DNA of 63,418 nt, the filler included, from Candidatus Desantisbacteria bacterium CG1_02_49_89 (GTDB lineage Bacteria > Desantisbacteria > UBA1551): NCBI GenBank assembly GCA_001871075.1. It is 4 parts of 4 records of this genome, joined end to end, with 100 filler letters (N's around TTAATTAATTAA, not from the genome) between each part and the next. Parts side by side here need not be neighbours in the genome. Positions count along the whole stretch, not along the records: positions 1 to 22,170 come from MNUP01000110.1; 3 more parts are not named here. One strand, given 5' to 3'. The notes below the pieces were generated by a model, which did not search any database, was not told where the DNA came from, and worked only from the letters and a program-made list of their open reading frames with translations. Positions 1 to 8,436 of the stretch are shown here, one piece after another (position 1 is the first letter of the stretch; every line of letters begins with the position of its first letter). Position numbers and translations under genes: made by a program.

Positions 1-97
1 TAGATATTTGTGCATAATCCACAAACACCACTGTTAGTGTAATCTGTGGATTAGCACCCTCTCGTCGGAAAATTTGTCAAAAATGTGCGTTTTTCAG

Positions 98-610
98 GTG
101 ATTACATTGATTAATAAAAAGATTACAATGATTATCAAAGTGAGACACTATGGGAAAGAAAGACGAATTCAGCGACTTAACTGAAAAGATCATCGCGGCA
201 TGTTTTGACGTCCACGGCGAGCTTGGCCCGGGATTTGTGGAAAAGATATATGTAAATGCCTTGAAAGTCGCATTGGATGAAAGGGTGTTAAAGCAGGAAA
301 CAGAAAAAGAATTCAGCGTACAATTCCACAATAGCCCGGCTGGTCAGTTCAGAGCCGATATAGTTGTTGAAGATTGCGTGATCATTGAAATAAAGGCAAT
401 AGAAGGATATATGCCAAAAATATTCGAAGCCCAGGTGATCTCGTACCTGAAATCATCGGGACTAAAAGTAGGTTTGCTGGTAAATTTCGGGAACAGGAGC
501 TGTGAGATACGGAGATTAGTAAATCCTAATTTTTAATTTACTTTAAATAATCACTTTGCAATCATTTTTAAAATAATCACCGTAATCATCTTTTAAAAAT
601 CACTGTAATC
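98..610. mobile_element. Candidate repeat-bounded element: GATTACANTGATT left arms + GxxExxY gene + AATCACYGTAATC right arms
   Basis: Left arms at 100-112 and 121-133; right arms at 549-563 (degenerate), 575-587 and 598-610 are their reverse complements; gene-less copies of the same arm pair at 11316-11532 and 45087-45163. Confidence 0.55.
150..536 (+). CDS. GxxExxY protein (PD-(D/E)XK nuclease-like, PDDEXK_3 family)
   Basis: 128 aa; LGPGFVEKIY is the GxxExxY motif; RADIVVEDCVIIEIK gives the D...ExK catalytic motif; C-terminal GLLVNFG is typical of the family. Confidence 0.92.
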   Translation: MGKKDEFSDLTEKIIAACFDVHGELGPGFVEKIYVNALKVALDERVLKQETEKEFSVQFHNSPAGQFRADIVVEDCVIIEIKAIEGYMPKIFEAQVISYLKSSGLKVGLLVNFGNRSCEIRRLVNPNF

Positions 611-625
611 AAAAAGAGAGGAATA

Positions 626-1633
626 ATGGAAAAGAAAATAAGGATCGGGGTGATCGGGCTGGGTATGGGGTGGTACCACTGCGATATGTACAAAAATATG
701 CCCGAAGCTAAAATACTGGCGCTGTGCGATTCTGATCCGGCAAGGCTGGACGCCGGGCAGAAGGCGTTCGGGGCGGAGCTCAAATTCACAAAATACGAGG
801 ATATGCTGAAAGTCAAAGAGCTGGACGCGGTCGCGGTCGCGACCCCGAATTTCCTGCACAAGCCCATGACGATAGCGGCGCTGGAAGCGGGCAAGCACGT
901 GATGTGCGAAAAGCCAATGGCGCTGGACGCGGCGGAAGCGCAGGACATGGTCAGCGCGGCGAAAAGCGCGAAGAAAAACCTGATGATACATTTCAACTAC
1001 CGCTACGCGCCCGAGTGCCAGTTCCTGAAGAAATATATTGACAGCGGGAACCTCGGCAGTATTTACTACGCCAAAACCGGTTATTTGCGGCGCCGCGGGA
1101 TCCCCGGAAGGCAGTGGTTCACCAGAAAGGACCAGGCAGGCGCGGGAGCGCTTTTCGATATAGGCGTGCACGCGCTGGACCTCGCGCTGTGGTTCCTGGG
1201 CCACCCGAAGATCCTTTCCGTGTCAGGCGTTACCTACGACAAGTTCGGTTACAAGATGAACAGTAAGAACTGGGTTTTTGACGTGGATGATTTCGGCAGC
1301 GGGTTCATAAAAATGGAAGGCGGCAAAACGCTCTATCTTGAAACAAGCTGGGCCGCGAACATACAGGACAAACTCTATATGACCCTTCTGGGAGATAAGG
1401 CAGGCGTCCAGAGGGACGGCGGGACAACCACGATCCTTGCGGAGGAGAACGGCGAGCTTGTTGACGTCACCCCTGCCAGTTATCCCCCGTGCATTAATGC
1501 CCAGAAGGAATTCGTGGATTCGATAATCGAGGGAAGAGAGCCGGCTGCAAGCGGTGAGCAGGGCCTTGTCGCGATGAAGATCCTTGACGCCATAGCGAAA
1601 TCCTCAAAAACCGGCAAAGAAGTAACATTTTAG
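626..1633 (+). CDS. Gfo/Idh/MocA family oxidoreductase
   Basis: IGVIGLGMG Rossmann motif, GKHVMCEKP, GALFDIGVH. Confidence 0.93.
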   Translation: MEKKIRIGVIGLGMGWYHCDMYKNMPEAKILALCDSDPARLDAGQKAFGAELKFTKYEDMLKVKELDAVAVATPNFLHKPMTIAALEAGKHVMCEKPMALDAAEAQDMVSAAKSAKKNLMIHFNYRYAPECQFLKKYIDSGNLGSIYYAKTGYLRRRGIPGRQWFTRKDQAGAGALFDIGVHALDLALWFLGHPKILSVSGVTYDKFGYKMNSKNWVFDVDDFGSGFIKMEGGKTLYLETSWAANIQDKLYMTLLGDKAGVQRDGGTTTILAEENGELVDVTPASYPPCINAQKEFVDSIIEGREPAASGEQGLVAMKILDAIAKSSKTGKEVTF

Positions 1634-1867
1634 ACACAGATTGCCACGGATATCCACGGATTATAATATTGTGAGATTGAGAGATTTACCCCCACAGATT
1701 TTTTATGAAATCTAGACGCGGGGGTTCCTTATGAAAGATTGTAAGATTGTTCCAAAGGAATCCCTTCGGGAAACTAAAGTTGATTTATTTAAATAAATTC
1801 CCTGCAGTTGCGTTGACACGTTGATACGCTGACACGTTGACACGCTTTTAAAATAAACGGGAAAATA

Positions 1868-3115
1868 ATGAGCGACAAAAATCCGCCGGGCTTGGACGGG
1901 TGGAGAAGGAGGATCTTCGCCACCCTCTGGGTCACATACGCGAGTTTTTATCTCTGCAGGGTCAACCTTGCGGTCGCGATACCCAAGATAATAGAAGATA
2001 CGGGTTTCACGCGTTCCGCGATGGGGCTCTTGGGGAGCATTTTTTTCGTTGTGTACGCGGCAGGACAGTTCATAAACGGGCAGCTCGGGGACAGGTGGAA
2101 CCCCCGCTTTCTCATATTGACAGGCGCAATATGCTCTGCCTGCGCGAGCATTCTTTTCGGCTTTAGCAGCGTGTTCGCGGTAATGGCGGTGCTGTGGGGC
2201 ATGAACGGGTACTTCCAGGCAATGGGCTGGTCTTCCTGCGTAAAGGTCCTTACGAACTGGTTCCCGCACAGCAAAAAAGGAATGATCTCCGGGCTTTTCT
2301 CCACTTCATATTACCTGGGGAACGTGCTTTCATGGTTTCTCGCGGGATGGCTGCTGCTCTATTTCAGCTGGAGGGTCTCGTTCTGGGTCCCGGCTATCCT
2401 GTTCCTCGGCGCCGCGGTCCAGTTCCTCATATTTGAGAGGAACAGCCCTGGATCAGCGGGCTTTAAACCTGAAGCCGTATCCGCTGGCGCTGAGAACCCG
2501 GCGGAACTGGTAATGCAGGGGCTTCCGCTCCTTTCCAACCCCGGGCTCTGGCAGGCGGGATTTGCGGCGATGTGCCTCAGCATCATGTCTTCCGGGTTCA
2601 TATACTGGATCCCGACTTATTTATACGAAGAGATCGGTTTCAGCATATCCGGCGCGGCTTTCCGCGCCCTGGTCTTTCCCCTTGCCGGATGCGGCGGCGC
2701 TATGTTCGCGGGATGGGCAAGCGACAGGCTTGCAGGTTCAAAACGCTCGCCGGTCGCCGCGGCAATGCTTTCAGCCGCGGTATTCCTCGTCCTGCTCCTG
2801 CCGGGTATCAAGGGTGCCGGCATCCTGATCGTGGCGCTGGTTGCCCTGATGGGATTTGCGATAAACGGGCCCCAGATGCTTCTTGCCGTGACCCTCGCTA
2901 TGGATTTCGGCGGGAAGGAGAAGTCGGCTTCAACCGCGGGATTTATTGACGCGATGAGTTACGTGGGGGCGGGCATCGGCGCTTTTACCGCGGGTTTTCT
3001 GGTTGACAGGTTCGGCTGGAAAACGGTATTCCAGTTCTGGGCAGGCGTTTTAATAGCTACGATATTAATGGTTTTGCTGGTCTGGAGAAAAGAAAATCTC
3101 CGTCATGTTGGATAA
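1868..3115 (+). CDS. MFS transporter, GlpT/UhpC-like (organophosphate:Pi antiporter family)
   Basis: About 12 hydrophobic segments; YLCRVNLAVA, GQLGDRWNPR, NGYFQAMGW, NWFP motifs. Confidence 0.88.
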   Translation: MSDKNPPGLDGWRRRIFATLWVTYASFYLCRVNLAVAIPKIIEDTGFTRSAMGLLGSIFFVVYAAGQFINGQLGDRWNPRFLILTGAICSACASILFGFSSVFAVMAVLWGMNGYFQAMGWSSCVKVLTNWFPHSKKGMISGLFSTSYYLGNVLSWFLAGWLLLYFSWRVSFWVPAILFLGAAVQFLIFERNSPGSAGFKPEAVSAGAENPAELVMQGLPLLSNPGLWQAGFAAMCLSIMSSGFIYWIPTYLYEEIGFSISGAAFRALVFPLAGCGGAMFAGWASDRLAGSKRSPVAAAMLSAAVFLVLLLPGIKGAGILIVALVALMGFAINGPQMLLAVTLAMDFGGKEKSASTAGFIDAMSYVGAGIGAFTAGFLVDRFGWKTVFQFWAGVLIATILMVLLVWRKENLRHVG

Positions 3116-3168
3116 GCAGTGTGTTTTTGCGATGAACGACGCACGATGGACGATGCGCGAGGCGTGAT

Positions 3169-4998
3169 ATGACCGGAAAAGAACGTATAAAAGCAGTATT
3201 GGCGCATAAAATACCTGATATGGTTCCGATAGCCGAGCAGCTGATCGTCAGCAAGGTGGCGAAGGAGCTGCTGGGAAGGCACGCCTACACCGGCGGCGGG
3301 GAATACAATAACGACGAGATAAAAATGCTCAAGGGCGGCCAGAGGGAATTCCTGGTCTCAAAGTTCACGCAGGACGTGCTGGAACTCTACCACACAAAGC
3401 TTGACCTGGACGCCATACCTGTGGGGTTTGTGCCGCACAAGGATGAGAAACTTCCCCTTGTCATGGAAACTGAAGCCTTTACGTACCGCTACGAAAACGT
3501 GTACGGGCCAGGCACGTTCGAGACCAGGCAGTTCACCCCGGATTCGGGCGAATTCTTCGTTGTGGATTCAAGCCTGAAAGAGAACGGGCTTGCCGTGCTG
3601 AGGAAGTGGGTGAAGGAACTTGAGAAAGGGATAAGCCGTGAGATAGTTTACGACCCCAGCCAGCTTGAGATGATAGACGAAATAAATAAAAAAGCCGGAG
3701 GCCTTAAGGCGCTGATGGGCGGCCAGGCAATGAACATACCCATGAACCAGGTCTGGCTTCAGGCCCTTGTGGATGAGCCGAAAATAGTCGAAATATTCCT
3801 TGACGTCCAGCTGTACTGGAGCATGGCACAGGTAAAGACGCTTGCCGGGCACGGAGTTGACCTGATACTGGGCGGAGGTGACCTTGCCTCAAATCACGGT
3901 CCGGTTTACTCTCCCATGACCTTCAAGGAAGTGGTTGCTCCCCGGTTCAAAACACTGGTGGATTACTGCCACAAGCTGGGCGTTCCGTATATATTCCGCA
4001 CTGACGGGGACACGAGAGCCCTGTGGTCCTCGTTCAGAGAAATAGGCGTTGACGGGCTGGGAGAGATAGACAAACAGGCCGGGATGGACGTTGGCGAGAT
4101 CCGCAACTACTTCGGGAAGGACTTCATTATTTTCGGCGGTGTTGACTGCGCCAAGACGCTTGTTTTCGGCTCAAAAGAGCAGATCTCGGAGGAAGTGAAA
4201 TACGCGGTTGAAAAAGCAGGCGCGGGCGGCGGGCTGATACTTTCAACGTCCAACTGCGTGCACTGGAACGTTCCGGCGCAGAACTACCTCTGGATGATAG
4301 AAGCGGGAAGGCAATACGGTAAATACGAAGAAAAGATAAACCACGGAGACACGGAGGCACAGAGAGATGCACAGAGAAAAACAGATGCCGCGCTGGTCGA
4401 AGAAGAAGAAAAGAAGGAAGAGCGGGCTGAACAGAAAGCGCCTGCGGCCGCGCCGGCGCCCCTGCCGCAGAATGCAGAAGTAAAAAAGGAAGACCTGAAG
4501 AAAAAGAAACGGAAGATCACGCTCGAGCAGATAGTCACGGACGTGTATCTTATAGGGACCCTTGCGGTATTCTGGATAGGAGGGATGATAGGTTATTTCA
4601 GGAAACTCGCCCCTGTTGACTGGATACTGCGGTGCGCCGCAGTGCAGCTGATGCTGACCGTGGGCGCGGTTGTCGCGACCACAATAATAAAGACCATAAA
4701 GACGCCTGAAGAAAAAAGGCAGCTTAACCCGGTCAGCCTTCTCGGCCTTGCGTTTTTCCTTTTATACTGGATCTTCTACCTTACCTGGGACCTGGAGCTG
4801 TATCCTTACATGTTTGTCAGGTTCGGCAAGTTCATGAAGATCAGCTGGTTTGTGAGTTCCATAGCGTCCCTCGCGTTTACGTCCATCGGGGAGATCATTT
4901 CGCGCGAAAAAAGCAGGAACGAAGGCCTGGGAACCTGGGCGGTACTCATCATTATATGGTTCGTGATATTCTATTTCCTGTATTACGCGATGGGATAG
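3169..4998 (+). CDS. Uroporphyrinogen decarboxylase/MtaA-like family TIM-barrel fused to a C-terminal multi-TM domain
   Basis: MTGKERIKAVL...PDMVP start, GGDLAS..GPVYSP..FKE, FGGVD, GGGLILSTSN; after about aa 385 a charged/Ala-Pro linker and about 5 TM helices. Confidence 0.8.
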   Translation: MTGKERIKAVLAHKIPDMVPIAEQLIVSKVAKELLGRHAYTGGGEYNNDEIKMLKGGQREFLVSKFTQDVLELYHTKLDLDAIPVGFVPHKDEKLPLVMETEAFTYRYENVYGPGTFETRQFTPDSGEFFVVDSSLKENGLAVLRKWVKELEKGISREIVYDPSQLEMIDEINKKAGGLKALMGGQAMNIPMNQVWLQALVDEPKIVEIFLDVQLYWSMAQVKTLAGHGVDLILGGGDLASNHGPVYSPMTFKEVVAPRFKTLVDYCHKLGVPYIFRTDGDTRALWSSFREIGVDGLGEIDKQAGMDVGEIRNYFGKDFIIFGGVDCAKTLVFGSKEQISEEVKYAVEKAGAGGGLILSTSNCVHWNVPAQNYLWMIEAGRQYGKYEEKINHGDTEAQRDAQRKTDAALVEEEEKKEERAEQKAPAAAPAPLPQNAEVKKEDLKKKKRKITLEQIVTDVYLIGTLAVFWIGGMIGYFRKLAPVDWILRCAAVQLMLTVGAVVATTIIKTIKTPEEKRQLNPVSLLGLAFFLLYWIFYLTWDLELYPYMFVRFGKFMKISWFVSSIASLAFTSIGEIISREKSRNEGLGTWAVLIIIWFVIFYFLYYAMG

Positions 4999-5003
4999 TC
5001 ATA

Positions 5004-5155
5004 GATTACACAGATTAGAACTGCGAGATTACACAGATTCAGCGGGCTGGTTTTGCCAGTTCAAATCAGTTATATGCAAAAACAGTGATAAACTGTGTTT
5101 ACATGGTTAAATTTGTTTTAATCGGAGTAATCGTCTTTTTGAAATCTGTGTAATC
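5004..5155. repeat. Inverted arm pair GATTACACAGATT x2 ... AATCGGAGTAATC / AATCTGTGTAATC
   Basis: Arms at 5004-5039 and 5120-5155 are reverse complements; variant of the arms around GxxExxY. Confidence 0.8.
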
Positions 5156-5178
5156 AATATCTAAGGATAGGAACTCAC

Positions 5179-6108
5179 ATGGCCAATGTGATAGAAACCA
5201 GTAATTTAACCAAATATTACGGCAAAGTAAAGGTTGTGAATGATGTTTCATTGAGCGTAAGAAAGGGTGAGATCTACGGATTTTTAGGCCTCAACGGCGC
5301 GGGTAAAACAACAACGATCCGTATGCTGCTGGGCATGATAAAGCCTGCTTCCGGAGAAATATTCCTGAATGGCGATAAATTGCATTTTGGTCGCCGGGGG
5401 CCATGGGATAAAATCGGGTATCTTGTCGAAATACCGTATTCATATCCGGGATTAACTGTCAGGGAGAACCTTGAAATTACAAGGAGGCTCCGGCGAATAT
5501 CGGACACAAGGTCTGTTCAGGATATAATTGACAAACTGGTTTTAAATTCACACGCGGAAAAAAAAGCGGGACATTTGTCACAGGGGAATGCCCAGCGACT
5601 CGGTGTCGCGAAGGCGATGATGCACAACCCGGAGATGCTGTTATTAGATGAACCTTCAAACGGCCTGGATCCTGCCGGCATTGCCGAGGTGCGCGATCTT
5701 CTGAGAAACCTTGCTCTCAATAATGGCGTGACCATATTCATTTCGAGCCATATTCTTGGCGAAATTTCAAAAATTGCCACTCGTATCGGCATCATTCACA
5801 ACGGCAGGTTAATCCAGGAGATCAACGCTGACAGTCTGGGGACGCTTCTTCACCGGCGCCTTCTTTTGGACGCAATTGACAGAGATGGGGCAAGAAAGAA
5901 ACTCATTGAAAAGGGTTTTACCGTGAAGTTATCTCAGGAAGGAACACTGGAAATCAAAGATGACGAAGGCGCTATAAACCATCCTGAGGAAATAGCGGAT
6001 TATCTGGCGCGCGCGGGATATCCTCCGTCTATGTTCAAGGTCGAACAGGAAGATCTGGAGTCCTATTTTTTAAGAGTGACCGGGACGAATAAAGGAAAAG
6101 AAAAATGA
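5179..6108 (+). CDS. ABC transporter ATP-binding protein (BcrA/lantibiotic-immunity type)
   Basis: GLNGAGKTT Walker A, LSQGNAQR signature, LLLDEPSNGLDP, ISSHIL. Confidence 0.93.
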   Translation: MANVIETSNLTKYYGKVKVVNDVSLSVRKGEIYGFLGLNGAGKTTTIRMLLGMIKPASGEIFLNGDKLHFGRRGPWDKIGYLVEIPYSYPGLTVRENLEITRRLRRISDTRSVQDIIDKLVLNSHAEKKAGHLSQGNAQRLGVAKAMMHNPEMLLLDEPSNGLDPAGIAEVRDLLRNLALNNGVTIFISSHILGEISKIATRIGIIHNGRLIQEINADSLGTLLHRRLLLDAIDRDGARKKLIEKGFTVKLSQEGTLEIKDDEGAINHPEEIADYLARAGYPPSMFKVEQEDLESYFLRVTGTNKGKEK

Positions 6109-6884
6109 AAGACCTGATCGCTTCCATATGGGCAGAAGACCTGAAGGTCCGGCGTTCAAAATTACTTTGGATCTCCGCGATTATATTTTCCATGATACCG
6201 TTGGGAGTCGGATTTTTAATATTGGTTTTAAGATCTCCGGGTTTGGCAGGCCACTTAGGAATAGTTAAAACCAAAGCAAACCTGTTTCTGGCGGCTGCTG
6301 ATTGGCCGGCATATATGGGATTGCTCTCTCAAACAACCGCAGCCGATGGTATATTGTGGTTTGCGTTTGTAACAAGCTGGGTCTTTGGCCGTGAATATAC
6401 CGACCATACTGTTAAAGATCTGCTGGCCCTGCCGGTATCACGGATCACAATTGTTTTATCAAAGTTTATAATATTAGTAGTATGGTGCTTGCTGCTTTCA
6501 GCGCTTATTATTATATCAGGGTTAATAACAGGGTTTGCTATATCGCTTCCTAATTTTTCGTTAAACCTTTTATATTCCGGACTGGGAAAAATCATGGTAT
6601 CCGCTGTCCTCGCCATAATTCTCATTACTCCGGTCGCATTCCTGGCAAGTGTCGGTAAAGGGTATTTACTTCCCCTTGGATTTACTGCGTCAGTGTTTAT
6701 TGTTATTCAGGTAACCAATATGCTGGGCTGGGCAGCTTTTTTCCCATGGGCAATCCCGGTTCTCTATATAACACCATCCGAACATCTTGGAGCCGTTAGC
6801 TATATTATTCTTTTGTTAACAGGCATTGCCGGAACGATATTGACACTTGCCTGGTGGCAGTACGCAGATCAATCCGGGTCATGA
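6105..6884 (+). CDS. ABC-2 type permease (BcrB/LanE-G-like)
   Basis: About 6 TM; FGREYTDHTVKDLLALPVSR motif; ATGA overlap with the ATPase gene. Confidence 0.88.
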   Translation: MKDLIASIWAEDLKVRRSKLLWISAIIFSMIPLGVGFLILVLRSPGLAGHLGIVKTKANLFLAAADWPAYMGLLSQTTAADGILWFAFVTSWVFGREYTDHTVKDLLALPVSRITIVLSKFIILVVWCLLLSALIIISGLITGFAISLPNFSLNLLYSGLGKIMVSAVLAIILITPVAFLASVGKGYLLPLGFTASVFIVIQVTNMLGWAAFFPWAIPVLYITPSEHLGAVSYIILLLTGIAGTILTLAWWQYADQSGS

Positions 6885-6974
6885 GTTCTAATTTGCTGAA
6901 TGCCCGAAGGTGCTGAAAGCTGAATGTAAAATATATAATCTGTGGCAATCTGTGTTAATCTGTGTCTAATTTTA

Positions 6975-7055
6975 TTTCGTGATTTCCTCGCCCATCCTTA
7001 CAGGTGGGCGAAGTCTCGCCCGCTGAAAGACGGGCGGAGTGCTTTCGTGGAAATC
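6975..7055 (+). repeat. 81-bp double-hairpin repeat, copy 1
   Basis: 79/81 identical to the reverse complement of 10346-10426 by manual alignment; a diverged relative lies at about 7110-7195. Confidence 0.9.
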
Positions 7056-7206
7056 TTGTGAACCTATAGCTTGGTTTTTTAAATCTCCATGAATCCCTGT
7101 AAAATATTTTTCGTGCTTTCGTAATTTCCCCCGCCCCGAGCAAATATCGGGGCGAGGTCTCGCCCCCGCTTATGCGGGTGGCGGAGTGGAAATCTTTGGA
7201 GGTTTG

Positions 7207-8265
7207 ATGTTGAAAGTGGGAATTGCGGGCCTGCGCAGGGGCCAGGGCCTTTATTTCAGTTTTAAGCACTGCGCGGACGCTGAAGTGACGGCTGTTTGCG
7301 ACACGAACAAGCAGGCTGCCGAGGATTTCGGGAAGGCGAACAATGTGCCCGAGGTCTATTCAGGCCTGCGAGAGTTCCTGAGATCAAAAATAGACATCGC
7401 GGTGCTTGCAACCCCCGCCCCGCTGCACGTTGAACACGCGGTTGAGGCGCTTGAAGCGGGAAAACACGTGCTTTCAGAAGTGCCTGCGGCAATGAACATG
7501 GAAGGCTGCAAAAAACTCGTGAAAGCGGTCAGGAAAGCGCAGAAGTACGGGCTTAAGTATATGATGGCAGAGAACTGCAATTACTATCACCCTATAAGGA
7601 CGTGGAAAAAATGGGTGGACGCGGGAAAGCTGGGCAGGATATTCTACGCTGAAGCTGAATACGTGCACGACTGCAGGTCTTTGATGCTTACGCAGGACGG
7701 AAAGCCTACCTGGCGGTTCGGGTTCACTCCCCTGCTTTACCCCACGCACAGCATCGGTCCCCTGCTTATGCTCATGCAGGACAGGCTTATCCTTGCTTCA
7801 GGTTTCAGCACCGGTATTGAGGTATCGCCGGAACTTAAATCGCCCAGCATGGAAGTCGGAATTTTCAAAACAAAGAAAGGCGCAGTTGTTAAGATCCTGT
7901 GCGGTTTCAGCATAGAGCGGGAGCCGTCGCACCTTTACTATTCGCTTTACGGCACGAACGGCTCGGTTGAGACGAACAGGTTTAACATCGGCGAGACCCG
8001 TGTTTACATAAAAGGCGAGCATAAGGCATTGACAGCTATGGATATTCCGCTGGACGATCCGGATGCGCCGCCTGAGGCGAAGCTGGGCGGGCACGGCACA
8101 AGCGAATACTACCTTGTCAGAGATTATATAGAGTCGGTCCTGAAAGACACGAAACCGCCTGTGGATATTTACGACGCGATGGATTGCACCGCGCCGGGCA
8201 TCTGCGCGCATCTCTCTGCGCAGAACAACGGCAAGCCGGTCAGCATTCCCGATTTCAGGCAATAG
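7207..8265 (+). CDS. Gfo/Idh/MocA family oxidoreductase
   Basis: VGIAGLRRG, GKHVLSEVP, YAEAEYVHD, GGHG; start moved to ATG 7207 behind GGAGG. Confidence 0.9.
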   Translation: MLKVGIAGLRRGQGLYFSFKHCADAEVTAVCDTNKQAAEDFGKANNVPEVYSGLREFLRSKIDIAVLATPAPLHVEHAVEALEAGKHVLSEVPAAMNMEGCKKLVKAVRKAQKYGLKYMMAENCNYYHPIRTWKKWVDAGKLGRIFYAEAEYVHDCRSLMLTQDGKPTWRFGFTPLLYPTHSIGPLLMLMQDRLILASGFSTGIEVSPELKSPSMEVGIFKTKKGAVVKILCGFSIEREPSHLYYSLYGTNGSVETNRFNIGETRVYIKGEHKALTAMDIPLDDPDAPPEAKLGGHGTSEYYLVRDYIESVLKDTKPPVDIYDAMDCTAPGICAHLSAQNNGKPVSIPDFRQ

Positions 8266-8267
8266 CA

Positions 8268-8421
8268 ACCACGCGATTTCACACGATTTTCACTAGATGA
8301 CCTGCCGCAAAGGCGGGTCATTGCGAGCCTGAAAGGCGCGGCAATCTGATAAATAGATTGCTTCGTCGTTTCACTTCTCGCAATGACATTTCGCGTGGAA
8401 ATCTCGTGTAATCGTGTGGTT
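8268..8421. repeat. CACACGATT-type inverted arm pair with a nested GTCATTGCGAG...CTCGCAATGAC palindrome (8317-8387)
   Basis: Arms at 8268-8298 and 8388-8421 are complementary; the inner palindrome recurs at 21049, 21802, 50622 and 50788. Confidence 0.85.
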
Positions 8422-8436
8422 AAATGGAGGTTTGGC

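Noticed and set aside
1631-6968. Matching CACAGATT left arm (1631) and right arm (6937) as ends of one 5.3-kb cargo element
   Set aside because: Solitary half-arms are common in this window and there is no target duplication, so the pairing cannot be supported.
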